Shown: piece by piece, positions 27,293-39,161 of the stretch
How positions within the stretch are numbered: position 1 is the first letter of the stretch
How the letters are laid out: the number at the start of each line of letters is the position of its first letter
Assembly: GCA_040954595.2 (NCBI GenBank)
Contig: CM082593.2
Span: 6,789,579 to 6,853,578 of the forward strand
DNA: 64,000 nt
Reading direction: 5' to 3'
DNA from: Balanoglossus misakiensis
Taxonomy: Eukaryota; Animalia; Hemichordata
Program-made: the position numbers and the translations under genes
Notes under the pieces: model-generated
Database searches by the model: none
What the model saw: the letters and a program-made list of their open reading frames with translations, nothing else
What the model was told of the DNA's origin: nothing

Positions 27293-30200
27293 GTTTGTGT
27301 AAAATTTTGTTTCTAAGTTTAAAAATTAAAGGTATACGGTCACCTCCAATTGAGATACGCCCATATTTGGCTGAAATGGCATATTCTGGCATTCTAAAGA
27401 ACATATGGTGGCGCTCTTTTTTTTCGCGTGTGCCACTCACTGAAAAACTGTGATTGGCTAGATTTCAATTCGCCATGGTAACTATAGCTAATTTTCCATA
27501 GGTGACCGTATACCTTTAACCTCTTCACAGATAAATACTGCCTGCTTTAGTCAAGCTAAGTGTCTTGAAAATTAAGCTAAGAAACTTGGGTCGAAATTTT
27601 GTACTGTTGAGTGGTTGTCATGGTTTCAGTCAATTAGTTATCATTGACAAGAAGGACACTGTCACTGATGAATTTCTTCATATTTCAGGTGTTTAACCAG
27701 TATCTTCAGTTTGCTGGTATTGGGATCCGAAATGCTCAACTTTACGAAAAATCTCAACTGGAAATCAAGAGAAACCAGGTATTGTTGATGAGATATTTGA
27801 TATATTTTATGAAATATAGTGAAACCTGTCTATAGTGCTGGGCCAGTCAAGGGACTTTCCCAAATTGGCCTTTATAGACAGATGGCCTTTATACTAACTT
27901 ACAGTTCAATTACTTGTATGGGGACTGTAACAAAGTGAACACTATGGACAAGTTTCCACTATATAGAAGTGGCCACTAGCAAAGATTTGATGATAATCTG
28001 ACAACTATTTTGGGGAAGTTCCAGAAATAATAGAGCATTTGATCTTCCTTAGCCTTCAAAGTTAAATCCTCTGGATGTTTCTGTTTGCCTAGGTGCTATT
28101 GGATTTGGCAACTGTGGTCTTTGAGGAGCAAAGTACCTTAGCCTGTATCGTGCACCGCATCATGATGCATACAGTGTCACTGCTGAAGTGTGAGAGATGT
28201 TCAGTGCTATTGGTGGATGATTCTTCTAAAGTAAGTGTGACCCCTATGTGAACTGTGACCCCTGACCCCAAAAGCCTCTCATGTTATCTCGATGGGGAGC
28301 TTCCTTATCCGTGATTGGTCCCCTGTTTACACGCAAATACAGTAGCCCTGCTGCAGCCAATCACATAGGGACTTTCTGTCGTGTCTAAGATGAAAGGCTG
28401 CTGCTGGTTGGACCTGCTGTTATGGGTAGGTGCAAGACTTATCGTGATTGGACAACTTGCACAGTCTTCCATCATGCTAGCCAATAGGTATTCAAGATAA
28501 AAAGTGAGGAATATTATTTCTGGATGCAGAGATAATCGTGTTTGTGGCTGAGATGTAGCCCCAAACTATGATAAAAGGGTCCCTTTCTGCTGTCTAGAAC
28601 CATGCATACCAAAACTAACTTGGAGCACACAAGAACAAAAAATATCATCTACCAAAGTGTTGATGGACTGCAAGTCCTTCACGATACACCACTGAAAATG
28701 TTATAAGCTTTGCAGGGTTTTATAGTATAATGGTTTGTTTTTATGTAAATTTTGAGTTTCACAAGTCAGAAACGATAGCATGCCTACTTTGAACAGATAA
28801 CCAACTAGTCCTGCCTGTAAAATAAAATACTTGATTGTTGCTTTGGGTGAATACCTTCTTCAAGAAAATTTGTTTGCATACAGATAACTATTGTGTACCT
28901 GTTTATGTAAAAAATTAACTACATTTTCGGTAAATATAACATTATTTCCTGTACGGTTAATATGGTGTGTTAAAAGTAACAATTTTGGTATAAATAGCTT
29001 TGTATAGTTTTCACATAATGAATGTTTAAACAAAATTGTTTTTATTTGTAAGTTTAATAATAATAACTCGTGTTTATTTCAGTTCAAGTAAAAATCCAAT
29101 CTTTCATGGTGACATAGAAATAATCATTTGTCATTTGCTGCATGCTTCCTCAACCATTTGCTTTGGAAACTTTCGTTGAGATCAACGTTTGTTCTTTTTC
29201 CGGTTTATTACATTCTTTTTGCTTTGGTTGCCCCCCTTTTTTCATTGGCTAACTTGCAGTCATCTCTCTCATTGTTTATTTTGCTGCATTTCCAGAGGAG
29301 AAAAATTAAGAAAGAAGCTAAAGAAATGGTGAATATTCCTACTCTTTCATTGTCAGTTTAAAAAAAAAATACCATCACATCTGCACTTGCACAAATCACA
29401 GGGTCGGAGCAGGATCACCAACAGTGCCCTCTAGTGGTGGGCATTGTGAGCGCCCTCTATCATTTCTCATAGCTTGCACTGACACCCGCTTCACAATAAG
29501 AATCATCACGCTTTCATTACACTTGAAGTCTGTTTCGCAAGTTTTTGAAAAATATTATGCACACAATTATAGGTACAATATTAAAACATAACAGATTGTA
29601 AACTTGGTATGAATAATGATAATCATGGATGAAATCTTGTGTTACATGCTACCAATTCTTGCTGAATTGAAACTAAGACTTTGATACCAGTGTAGAAAAA
29701 AACAACAGCTAAATTTCAGGTTTTCATCACAACATGCATAATTCTTTAGCTGACACCATTATGCTGACTGGTGAATTTTTGTGGTTGATATTAAAATTAT
29801 AGGTCTATTTTGGGAGGGTTTCTGCATCTGAAAAATAAAGAAAGAAAACTTACTTTTCATAATTCACAAATGATTTCCAGTACTTTTCACTGCTGTAAAA
29901 CAAGAGTATTTCTTTCACTGAATCTCATCAGAACTGAAGACTTGTACGCCAGGTTTGAATCACGACATCTCTGAATTAAAAACATAATCAGTCACTTCTT
30001 TAACTCTTAAGTTCAGAGTATTAATTTGCATTCTAAATCTGCACTCACTATACCAAGCTAAACATTTGTTTCAGCCGCACACCATATGTAGGATATGCAC
30101 AGTTCCTGACATGGAGCAATGTCTTCTTTTGATGCAGAATTCTCACGTCACGACGTCTCTTCTTTTCTATGGTTTTGCAGGGGATTTTCTCGCAAGTGTT

Positions 30201-33200
30201 TGAAATGGCATACAGTGATCTGGACAATGAGGCAGATCTCAACAAAATGAGGTAAATATTGTCAAAATTCAAAGATAAACAAATTAATTGTATTCTTTTC
30301 ACTTCGTTGATAATTGACTTTCACAAATTTTGATAAAAGTTAGAAACTGGCTAATCTTATTTTTTGCAGCAATGAAGAGAGCCCCAGGTATCCAATCAAC
30401 ATAGGTATCACAGGATATGTAGCGACGACTGGAGAGGTGAGAGGTCATACATCCTGGTTTTTAACTTTGACCTGTATCTGGTATTTTTTGAGAATTGCAT
30501 ATTAAAACCTAATCATGAAAACTCTACGTTCCAACATGTCCAATTGTTAAGAAGAAATGTGATGTTGTAAAATGAAAAATGTCTATAAACAGATGTGTTA
30601 GAGGAGTTGAATCAGATTATGCAAATATTATGCAGCAGATATTTAAATATTGTCATTCTTCCTTTTTTCTGTAGACTCTGAATATTCCAGATGCCCACAA
30701 AGAGCCCAAATTTGATCCCAAGGTAATTGCTCTGTAAATGTACCAATAGGGTTGTACCATGTTTTAGTATGATGAAAAGAAACAGACACACCACAATGTG
30801 GTAGTTTATGTCATTTGTCATTTCGTATGAAGAGTACCTAACTTGTTCAAGAATTTTTCAACAGAAAAGGAGGAGAAGAATTCTAAATGCAGATGGTTAT
30901 ATTTAATTTCTTAACAGGTCGATTCAGATTCAGGCTTCCAGACACGACAGATCCTATGTATGCCCATCAAGAACTCATCTGGTGCTATTGTTGGTGTTAG
31001 TCAACTTATTAACAAACTAGATGGAACGCCCTTCAATGAAAATGATGAGAACTTCTTCGAGGTAAGCCAAAATTGAGTGAGTTAGAGGGCTTTTAATATG
31101 TGGCATATCATCTCATTGGTTGTTTCTGAATTTCTATGATGAAACCCTAAGTTAAGGAGCTTTGTATTCATCTCATTGGTCTAGAGTTTGTGATGCAAAT
31201 TTTTATGAACAAAGTCCCCTAAGTTGCCCATTGCTAATTGTTCGTATGTCTGCATCTGCCATAATATATTGTAATACTTCATGAGATCAGAAACTTAGAG
31301 GTTTTTACAGATTGAAAACATTCACTTTATTTTATACGTGCTAAACTTTCATACTGGTTTTACTCTTTTATTTTGACACCTGTAGGCATTTGCAATATTT
31401 TGTGGTATGGGTATGCATAATACCATACTGTATGAGAAAACGTGCAAAGCGGCAGCTAGACACAAAATAGCCCTTGAGGTGAGTCTAATATAATCTGATT
31501 ATCTTCTATTGAGAATAAAACTCACAAAATCACTTGACTACCACTGCACATTATAGATGTAAAATATTCTGTCTGTACATGTTTTACGTTCACAGTTGAA
31601 TATTTGACATGTTTGAATTTTTTTTTTCACAGACACTGTCGTATCATGCAACAGCCCCAAGAGAAGAAGCAATAAGACTCAAAGTAAGCTTTAGCCACAT
31701 CAAATATTGTCTTTTTGTCCAAAATCTTGGATATGTATTTGCTTAATGCTGTACTTTCTTGTCTATGGTAGTATCACGGTTTAAAATCTGTTCAATGCTA
31801 TAACCCAGTCTTCAAAATGTTGAGTGAAATCACCAACCTTGCTTCATCATTTTAAAACAATAATTTTAAGCTTTCACAATAATTCTAATATCTTTAACTT
31901 ATTCCATATTTTGTTTGACAGAAAATGGTCGTGCCTTCTGCATCGTCGTTTCAGCTTTACAGTTACACCTTCAGCGACTTTGAACTTGAGGAGGATCAGA
32001 CATTACAGGCGTCGATACGAATGTTTCTCGACCTGGACCTCGTACAGAAATTCCGCATCAATTATGAGGTGAGATCAGAGAAAAGATAGAGTTTTGACCT
32101 CCCAGGTGATGTTATTCTGAGAACAATTTTGAAAAGTCGTCAGGATGTTGCTACATAGTGTCAGTTTTATATGTGTGCATGCACATATATGTCCAGCTCT
32201 CTATCTCTGTAGGATGGCTAGAATCTTAGATAGCATCCTGAATGGACAGTCACACATATGTCCATACACGCACACATACATTCATACACAAGTAAAACAC
32301 ATACATATACATTAATGTGTATACATACGTATAGACATTTATAAAGTGTGTGTTGTCATTTTCAAGATGGCAACAACGTAAATCGTGGCCTCAGGCCAAT
32401 TGTTATGAAATTAGTATTTTACCCTTGAGTGAAATGGATAACAGACATGCACACTGTCCTTTAATGAAAAGCTGAGTAAAAATTCCATATTTTCCCAATA
32501 CAGATGATATGCCGGTGGCTGCTGAGTGTGCGGAAGAACTATCGCAGTGTAACGTACCACAACTGGAGGCATGCGTTTTCAGTGGCGCAGACAATGTTTG
32601 CCATGCTTAGGGTGAGTGACTCCAAATTATTTAAGACACACTGTCATTGAATAACATTCTGATGAAAATCATTCAAGCACCAATCAGCATTGTTGTTTCA
32701 GTATTATACTGGGTTCTGCCCAATTCACCACATGATTTCAACATACCGTATAGGAATGTGAATCTGTATATTAAATAAATTTGGGAGTTGTGCATGTTAC
32801 CCTGCAGATGTACAGATAAACATGTATAAACCTGTTTGAAAATCCCCTTGACAGATTTGTCTCTGTTTTACCCTAACAGACCGGTCAAATGCATAATGTG
32901 TTTGGAGATTTGGAAGCGCTAGCTCTGCTTATAGCATGTCTCAGTCATGACTTGGATCACAGAGGGACAAATAATTCCTTTGAGATTCTGTAAGTATACT
33001 TCAAACACCTGCCCAGTGTTTCATGTTCGATGATTTTCAGCCAAGATTTTGTAAAGTTAGCATTCATTGATTGCCAATTGAATGTTTGTATTTGACAGTG
33101 TTGGATCACCACTTGCCCAGCTCTACAGTTCATCTACAATGGAACAGCATCACTTTGATCAATGCATCATGATCCTCAACTCCAAGGTCAGTGATGGATA

Positions 33201-35219
33201 AAGACCTCTCTATTGATTCTGTGATAGTCTGTGGTTTTTCTCCTAATAAGGGATTGTGTTGTTCAGAACAGTAGCCTTAATTTCGGACAACTTTTTACCT
33301 CAAAAAAGAAACTGACAACTGCGTTAAGTTCAATGTGTTTTATGAAGATCGAACATTATCAACAACATATTTCAGGAAAATGAAATCAGAAAATGTCCAA
33401 GTGAGCCACTTTTGGTTTTCATAGATCCACGCAAGTCTGATCTACAGTGTGAAATGTGTAGAGGAGATAGATACAATCAGAAAACATAGAGTACGTACGG
33501 TAACTATGAAGGAAAAACCGCAACAATATTTTTTTTTGTTTTTCACCCAGGGTAATGAAATTTTAGCCAATCTTTCTCAGGAGCAGTATTCTTACGTTAT
33601 TCGATTGCTGGAGCAAACCATTCTTGCCACAGATTTAGCTGTGTATTTCAGGTAAGTTGAGGGGCCCAGTCTCCCAATTTTTTTCTGCCTATATTTTACC
33701 AAAATTTGTTATTTTTGCAACAGTTACGCACACTGTCAAAAAGGCAGGCAAACTTTGTCAGAAAATGACGAGATTGAAAGATTACAGGCTACCCATCCTT
33801 CGCAGTATAAAGCCAAGACGTCAATCAAACAGCAGTAGTGAAATAATTTAAAGGCAATATATACATCGTCTCACGCGCATAGTGGACTGCCTTCGCTTCC
33901 TTCCATATTTCATAAGTAGATTCTGGTTTTGTCCCTCCTTTTCACCCAAGCTAGTGTCTTTTCCCGATCTCCGACACAGATTATGGTCGCCGCCATCTTC
34001 TCTGTTGTTAGGACAGAGCACAGCCTTATGGGATTGGCTGTTCACTAAACGTCTGTAACCAGCGGCTACAGCTGGAACATGCGTGTGAGACGAGCTAGGC
34101 GCTTTAAGCGTTTCTTTTCTTCTGTAGAACACGGGGCGATTTCTTCAAACTTGTGGATACGGGCCAGTTCAGTTGGAGCAACGATGAACACAGGGACATG
34201 CTACGCTGCATGATGATGACGGCATGTGACATCTCGGCCATCGCCAAACCGTGGGAAGTTGAGAAACAGATTGCTGAGCAGATAGCCGACGAGTTCTTTC
34301 AGCAAGGTGATCTCGAAAGAAGAAAGTTCAACAAAACACCATCTGTACGTATATAGTTTGTCTCTTTTCCCCCAAGTGAAAGGGATTTTGAACCCTTTTC
34401 CCCCCATTTCTCACATATGGATCCATCCATCTGATTGAAATCAAAGGGTTAAACCATGAGATTTAAGTACACAAGGTGACCCAGCACTCTTTTGACTGAA
34501 TAGTTCATATGTGATATTTAAACTTCATGTTACCTGACTAAAATCTGGGAATTTTGACATGACACTGGATTCACTAGTTTAATTATTATTTCAACATTTT
34601 CCCCCAGGATATGATGAACCGAGAAAAGAAAGATCTTTTGCCAAAAATGCAGGTGGACTTTATTGATGCCATCTGCATGCCAGTCTATAAGGTGCGTAAA
34701 TTTACATAAATTCATTGTATATTTGCATCCAGTGTGCATATTTTATCACTGGAGTTTGATCACTTTCCATCTGGTATGTAATTCTCAGAAGTCATGTTTC
34801 TGTACATTAATCTTCTGGAACAATAGTCAAAAATAAATGCACGTTTGTCATGAATTGTTATGATAAAAATGTGTATGAGTGATTGTAGAAAGAAACATTG
34901 GTTTCTAAATCTCGTTTATGACAGTTTGCTGTGTGTCTACTCCAGTGGCATTGATAGCATGTTGTTCATTACTCCAATAGCTCACTGTTTCTTTACTCCA
35001 CAGGCATTGACATCCATCAACGAAAAATTCAAACCCCTCCTGAAAGGATGCGTGAGCAACCGGGAAAAGTGGCAGGAGTTAGCCGCGGAAACGGAAACCA
35101 GACTTCAACACAAGGAGTGCGTGGAGACGGAGGAGAAGGAGATTGACGAATCAACGTGCCAGGAGTCGGCACGGAAACGGGAGAGGAGAAACGGGAGACA
35201 GGAAGGCTCAGATACATAG
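27122..35219 (+). CDS. Tandem-GAF cyclic nucleotide phosphodiesterase, PDE5/6/11 clade (PDE11A-like); 5'-partial, 17 exons, 647 aa in window
   Basis: 17 AG/GT-bounded exons join in frame (listed separately). GAF-A C-half [24 protein letters not shown]; GAF-B ..[21 protein letters not shown]; catalytic [51 protein letters not shown]; stop TAG at 35217-35219. Confidence 0.95.
27330..27515. mobile_element. TTAA-flanked MITE (Kolobok-like), copy 1
   Basis: TTAA-AGGTATACGGTCACCT...AGGTGACCGTATACCT-TTAA; homologous copy at 62266-62449. Confidence 0.85.
27689..27778 (+). CDS. PDE exon, GAF-A end and linker
   Basis: tttcag|GTG..CAG|gtattg; [30 protein letters not shown]. Confidence 0.93.
27817..27992. 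mobile_element. Diverged Tc1/pogo-like MITE
   Basis: AGTGAAACCTGTCTATAGT..GGCCAGTCAAGGGAC..GGGACTGTAACAAAGTG matches the reverse complement of 42326-42487. Confidence 0.65.
28093..28230 (+). CDS. PDE exon, GAF-B start
   Basis: cctag|GTG..AAA|gtaagt; [31 protein letters not shown]. Confidence 0.93.
29296..29328 (+). CDS. Candidate 33-nt alternative micro-exon of PDE ([11 protein letters not shown])
   Basis: Long pyrimidine-rich tract, then ttccag|AGG AGA AAA ATT AAG AAA GAA GCT AAA GAA ATG|gtgaat; phase 0-0 matches the flanking exons. Confidence 0.5.
29422..29440 (-). promoter_or_regulatory. CTCF-type motif
   Basis: Reverse complement CCACCACTAGAGGGCACTG closely fits the CTCF core consensus; second partial core at 29449-29460. 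Confidence 0.5.
30181..30251 (+). CDS. PDE exon, GAF-B
   Basis: ttgcag|GGG..AG|gtaaat; [23 protein letters not shown]. Confidence 0.88.
30370..30436 (+). CDS. PDE exon, GAF-B
   Basis: ttgcag|C..GAG|gtgaga; [22 protein letters not shown]. Confidence 0.9.
30675..30722 (+). CDS. PDE exon, GAF-B
   Basis: ctgtag|ACT..AAG|gtaatt; [16 protein letters not shown]. Confidence 0.9.
30918..31061 (+). CDS. PDE exon, GAF-B (NKFDE motif)
   Basis: taacag|GTC..GAG|gtaagc; [39 protein letters not shown]. Confidence 0.93.
31386..31478 (+). CDS. PDE exon, GAF-B end
   Basis: ctgtag|GCA..GAG|gtgagt; [31 protein letters not shown]. Confidence 0.92.
31633..31683 (+). CDS. PDE exon, linker
   Basis: tcacag|ACA..AAA|gtaagc; [17 protein letters not shown]. 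Confidence 0.9.
31922..32068 (+). CDS. PDE exon, catalytic domain start
   Basis: tgacag|AAA..GAG|gtgaga; [37 protein letters not shown]. Confidence 0.92.
32504..32611 (+). CDS. PDE exon, catalytic (YHN)
   Basis: atacag|ATG..AGG|gtgagt; [36 protein letters not shown]. Confidence 0.95.
32880..32989 (+). CDS. PDE exon, catalytic (HD metal site)
   Basis: taacag|ACC..CT|gtaagt; ..[19 protein letters not shown]. Confidence 0.95.
33099..33186 (+). CDS. PDE exon, catalytic
   Basis: tgacag|T..AAG|gtcagt; [27 protein letters not shown]. Confidence 0.94.
33551..33651 (+). CDS. PDE exon, catalytic
   Basis: acccag|GGT..AG|gtaagt; [23 protein letters not shown]. Confidence 0.94.
34128..34344 (+). CDS. 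PDE exon, catalytic
   Basis: ctgtag|A..TCT|gtacgt; ..[27 protein letters not shown]. Confidence 0.93.
34608..34691 (+). CDS. PDE exon, catalytic (invariant Gln)
   Basis: ccccag|GAT..AAG|gtgcgt; [28 protein letters not shown]. Confidence 0.94.
35004..35219 (+). CDS. PDE terminal coding exon
   Basis: ccacag|GCA..TAG; [31 protein letters not shown]. Confidence 0.9.
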   Translation, partial: ALTSINEKFKPLLKGCVSNREKWQELAAETETRLQHKECVETEEKEIDESTCQESARKRERRNGRQEGSDT

Positions 35220-38073
35220 CACACGCAGATGATGTGCCAAAAGTAGATTTAGAAATCTAGAATATAAGCAAAACTTTCTAAAACTGTAAAAATGCATGGA
35301 ACGTACGTACTCCTAACTTCACTAAATTAGAAACGGATTTAATATAGAAATCAGAACTGGATGTGATACATGTCTTTAGGTCATGAATTCTGCATTCAGA
35401 GAATTTTTTTTTAGTCGATCGCTTAGTTTTCTCCCCTTGCCAAGAAACTCAGGATCCCCTGTATATAAGCACCTACACAAACACCTCTTGACCGTCAGAT
35501 ACATGGTCAAATAAAGTTAACAGACAGCTTTAAAATGTGTAATTCCGTGATTCTGGTGGCTTGAATTGGCCAAGATGGGAAGGAAGAATTATTTTGAGCA
35601 AGTTTGTTGGAATGATAAAGCCAGACTCTACCTCGTTAAGAACAAACTGACTGAACTCATATACCTCCCAGTAGCTTCCAAATCTGAGCAGACTACATTT
35701 GATCGAATGTTTTTCTAACCATCCAATCATTTCCTGTCTTTTTGATCACATGATGTCAATACAGCTCGCCCTATCTCTGTCCAAAATGTCACAAATTCTT
35801 GCAGAGGCTGAAAATCACCTTTTGGCCATTCATGAGAAATGTTATGACGGAAATTTTTCCGACAAAAAGCCAAAGAAAGAACATTAAGTCAAAAGGTCCC
35901 ATTTAAAGGCCAAATTTTAGAGTACCACTGGTTACTCTCCCAATTCCAATTTTTCTCCATTGAATCGACACATAGTTCGGCTGCCATTTTGAATTTCTAG
36001 AAGTGATAAATTCACTGGTATTTAAGAAACAAATTTCCAAAAATGTATTGGCCCGCTATGATTGTTTCCCAGCAAATTCGAATGTAAGAAACTTAATTAA
36101 GATGAAAATTTGATAAAAATTGCGACTTTGATTTTTGAGGTGTGTACTACCTTAGGGGGAGAAGAATGTTTTTCTCATTCAGGTTAAAACACTTCAAGTG
36201 ACCAATAACTTAAGTTGAGAATAATAATTTTCATAGACAGTGAACATGTACAATGTAGATAGTATTTTAAAATAAACCAAAGATATAATAGGTCACTATA
36301 ATAAAACCTCCCATACCCTGCGCATATATACTAAATGCTTAATTCTTTGAAAATGCTTCAAATATAAACTGTAAATATGTTAATTTTATTCATAGAATTT
36401 AATTTATAAATGTATTTTACATTATAGCTTTCTTTTAACACCTTGAACTTCTGAGAAGATTTTTTTTTCTGTTCATCTCATGTGAGTCTTCCAATTTTGT
36501 TGCCAAATTTTTGTTGAATATCTCTTCATTGTATAAATATACTTAAGTTTATTAGATTGTACAGTGCTGTATGTAGGACATTTTGCATGACATCCACACT
36601 TGCAAGAAAAGAACAGTTTGTATGATACCCAGCTGGACATTTCAGATACACTGAAAATATTTTAGATGACAGTGAGCTTGTTTATCTATCAGCAGTCGCT
36701 TACATCTTCTGGGCCTGTAAGTGATACAATCCCTGTCATGGGCGAGTGATTTCAGTGACAGCAGAGCATCAAAGGCTAGCTATATGGAAACAACTTTGTA
36801 GTTTAGAGGAAATGTCTGAGAGTCATAGATGACCAGGTGGCCTTATTCTCGTCAATAGAGGGCGCTATACTATAACGTGAACGCCTCTTCTGGTGTAGCA
36901 TGGTCCGCTGTCAAAATAATGTTTGTTGTATACATACTACATAAGTAAAGTGTAGGTAGTTATTTTGACAGGTTTCCTGCCCCAAAAAGTAAATTTGATT
37001 TCTGCAGACAAAATTTGCACATATATGGAAGAGGCAGTTCTTGGGTGGACATCTGAAAATGCCAATGTCCAGTGTATCTATACAACACTAATACTGTGTA
37101 TATAGCTACATAATAATGCCACCTGGATTCTATGAAGTGAACTGTGCATATGTTATTACGTCATCTGTTTTCTTCACACTCAAAGTGTAAATGTCAACTC
37201 CATTTATTAATGTCCACTATCAAAACTCCTTTCTGAGAATTGAAATGTTTTGATAGAAATCTAACAGTATTTTGAAACCTTTATGATAATACAGGTACTT
37301 GCTAATCTTCGGTTAGTTTTTTTTTTTCATGTCAGGTTATGTTCATAGTCTCAATTTTTAAAAGTATTGTATGAACCCACAGCCTTCTTGATTTCAGGGT
37401 AAAATTGTTTTTATTTTATTTTTCAATTCTCTCTGCATATTGCTACATGCTGCATGCAGTAACTACATTGGTATGTTTGTGACAATTTCGAATTAGTCAT
37501 GATGATGTTATATATTGCAAGAGAAATGTCTATCAGATATTTGTGATGACGACTTCATTAAGTCTTGCATGTTCTGTGGGGGAGATATAAGATCCTGAAA
37601 AGATCACAACAAACTATCAAGACAATCAATTTTCACATATGCTGCAGATGGAGTGTATTAGTTTAACCTAAAACCTTAATGCATTACTCCCAACATTTCA
37701 AACAAGCATTTGAAAGAGCTACCATACGATCAGTTTGGTTCAGTTGTCAAATTAGAAGACAGAAGTTATCCAGAGATTGGTTAAGTAATTTGATCAAATC
37801 ATTCACACGCAGCTATAGTTGCAAAACCCATTATAGATTGAACTTTTGAAGAAACTAAACTTTTGTTCCATAAATTTTCTTAATTGATTTGTGCATATTA
37901 TTCATATTTTACACAAGTTGTTTTAATGCAAACAATTTTCATGGTATTATTTATAAGTCATAGACTTGAGCCAGTCAAACTTAAAACTAAATTATTTGGC
38001 TGAAGTTTACACTGACATTTCAGCGTCTAACAATAGTTATAACCACTGTTGTCATAGTAACAACATACTGCTG

Positions 38074-38079
38074 AATAAA
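38074..38079 (+). terminator. Candidate distal polyadenylation signal of the PDE gene
   Basis: AATAAA followed by U/GU-rich sequence; more proximal AATAAA copies near 36272 and 36300 are alternatives. Confidence 0.35.
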
Positions 38080-39155
38080 GACAATAATTACTAGTATTCA
38101 TTCTTCTCCGTGTTCTGATTATTACACCATCACACAAAATTCAATGTCACTTCACTTTTGACTTGCAAACATACCCAGTGCTGCTGGGTTTGTGGTAGGA
38201 AAGCGCCATCAGTGTTTTATATATTGGTTCCCTTTGTTTAAACGCCCATACGTCATTTTATTGACTTATGGAATCGAATACTTTCAAAGAGTTGTCATTT
38301 AAAGGGATGAATCAGCGATGTTTTCACTATTTCAAAGAGCAAGACTAGCCATGGGCTCAGTTTGCAAGTTTGGAACTTCATAAAACGTGTCACGTGTCGG
38401 ACATACTTCCGGTTATCCCAGGATGCTCGTATGTCCATTTCCGGTTATAAAATGGCAGACGACGTTACCAGGTTCACCGAAGCGTTCGAGTTGTCACCGA
38501 GTGTTGTACAAGTATTTGAAACGTTTAACTCCGGCCAAACTACGTGTGAAGTTGAACACGTCAGTGCAGTTGGAAAAAGGGTAGAGACTAGAGTTAATTG
38601 TTCGTTTATGCGAACACAGGTTTTCTTAGCTGCAACTTGAGCCTTGAGGACTAGGAACTTGTGATGCAGAGCATTCAACACTGCAGTCTTCATTTTCAAG
38701 AGGAATACGTATTGCTTTGCAAGATAGTACCAATTCGTAAAGGATACATGTATGCCTTGACAGAAATGGATAGACGTCAGTGTGTTGCAGGGTAAGTCAT
38801 GACTTTTCTTGATGGTCAACATAAGTACACTAGTTGTGGCTGGAAATTGAGCAGTATGTACAACAGGGCCAGTGACATTGTATGTCTGTCTATGTGGGCA
38901 TTTTGAGACCAATTTTGGGAGAAACCTGTGGTTTTGGACCAACAACCAGCACCACGCTTGCATCATTACCTGCGTAAAGCCCCAGAGCAGAAGTAAACAT
39001 AACCCTACTACTAGTAGTCCCTAGCGCGAAACTTTAATACAGTGAGTGACACCTGGTACAGACCTGTACAACACTATGAGACTGTACCTGCTATTGGTAC
39101 ATGTAACACTTATGAACAGAAACCTAGACAATGTCATGAAAGTTTAATCTAAAAG

Positions 39156-39161
39156 TTTATT
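39156..39161 (-). terminator. Candidate SPARC polyadenylation signal
   Basis: AATAAA on the minus strand with ATTAAA at 39143-39148, about 1 kb after the stop codon. Confidence 0.45.

Noticed and set aside
35860-36154. Probable truncated TTAA-type element ending GAGGTGTGTACTACCTTA in the PDE 3' region
   Set aside because: Only one terminus is visible, with no matching TIR or second copy in the window.
38445-38966. 173-aa minus-strand ORF
   Set aside because: No recognisable domain or coding-like composition; lies beyond the SPARC polyA signal.
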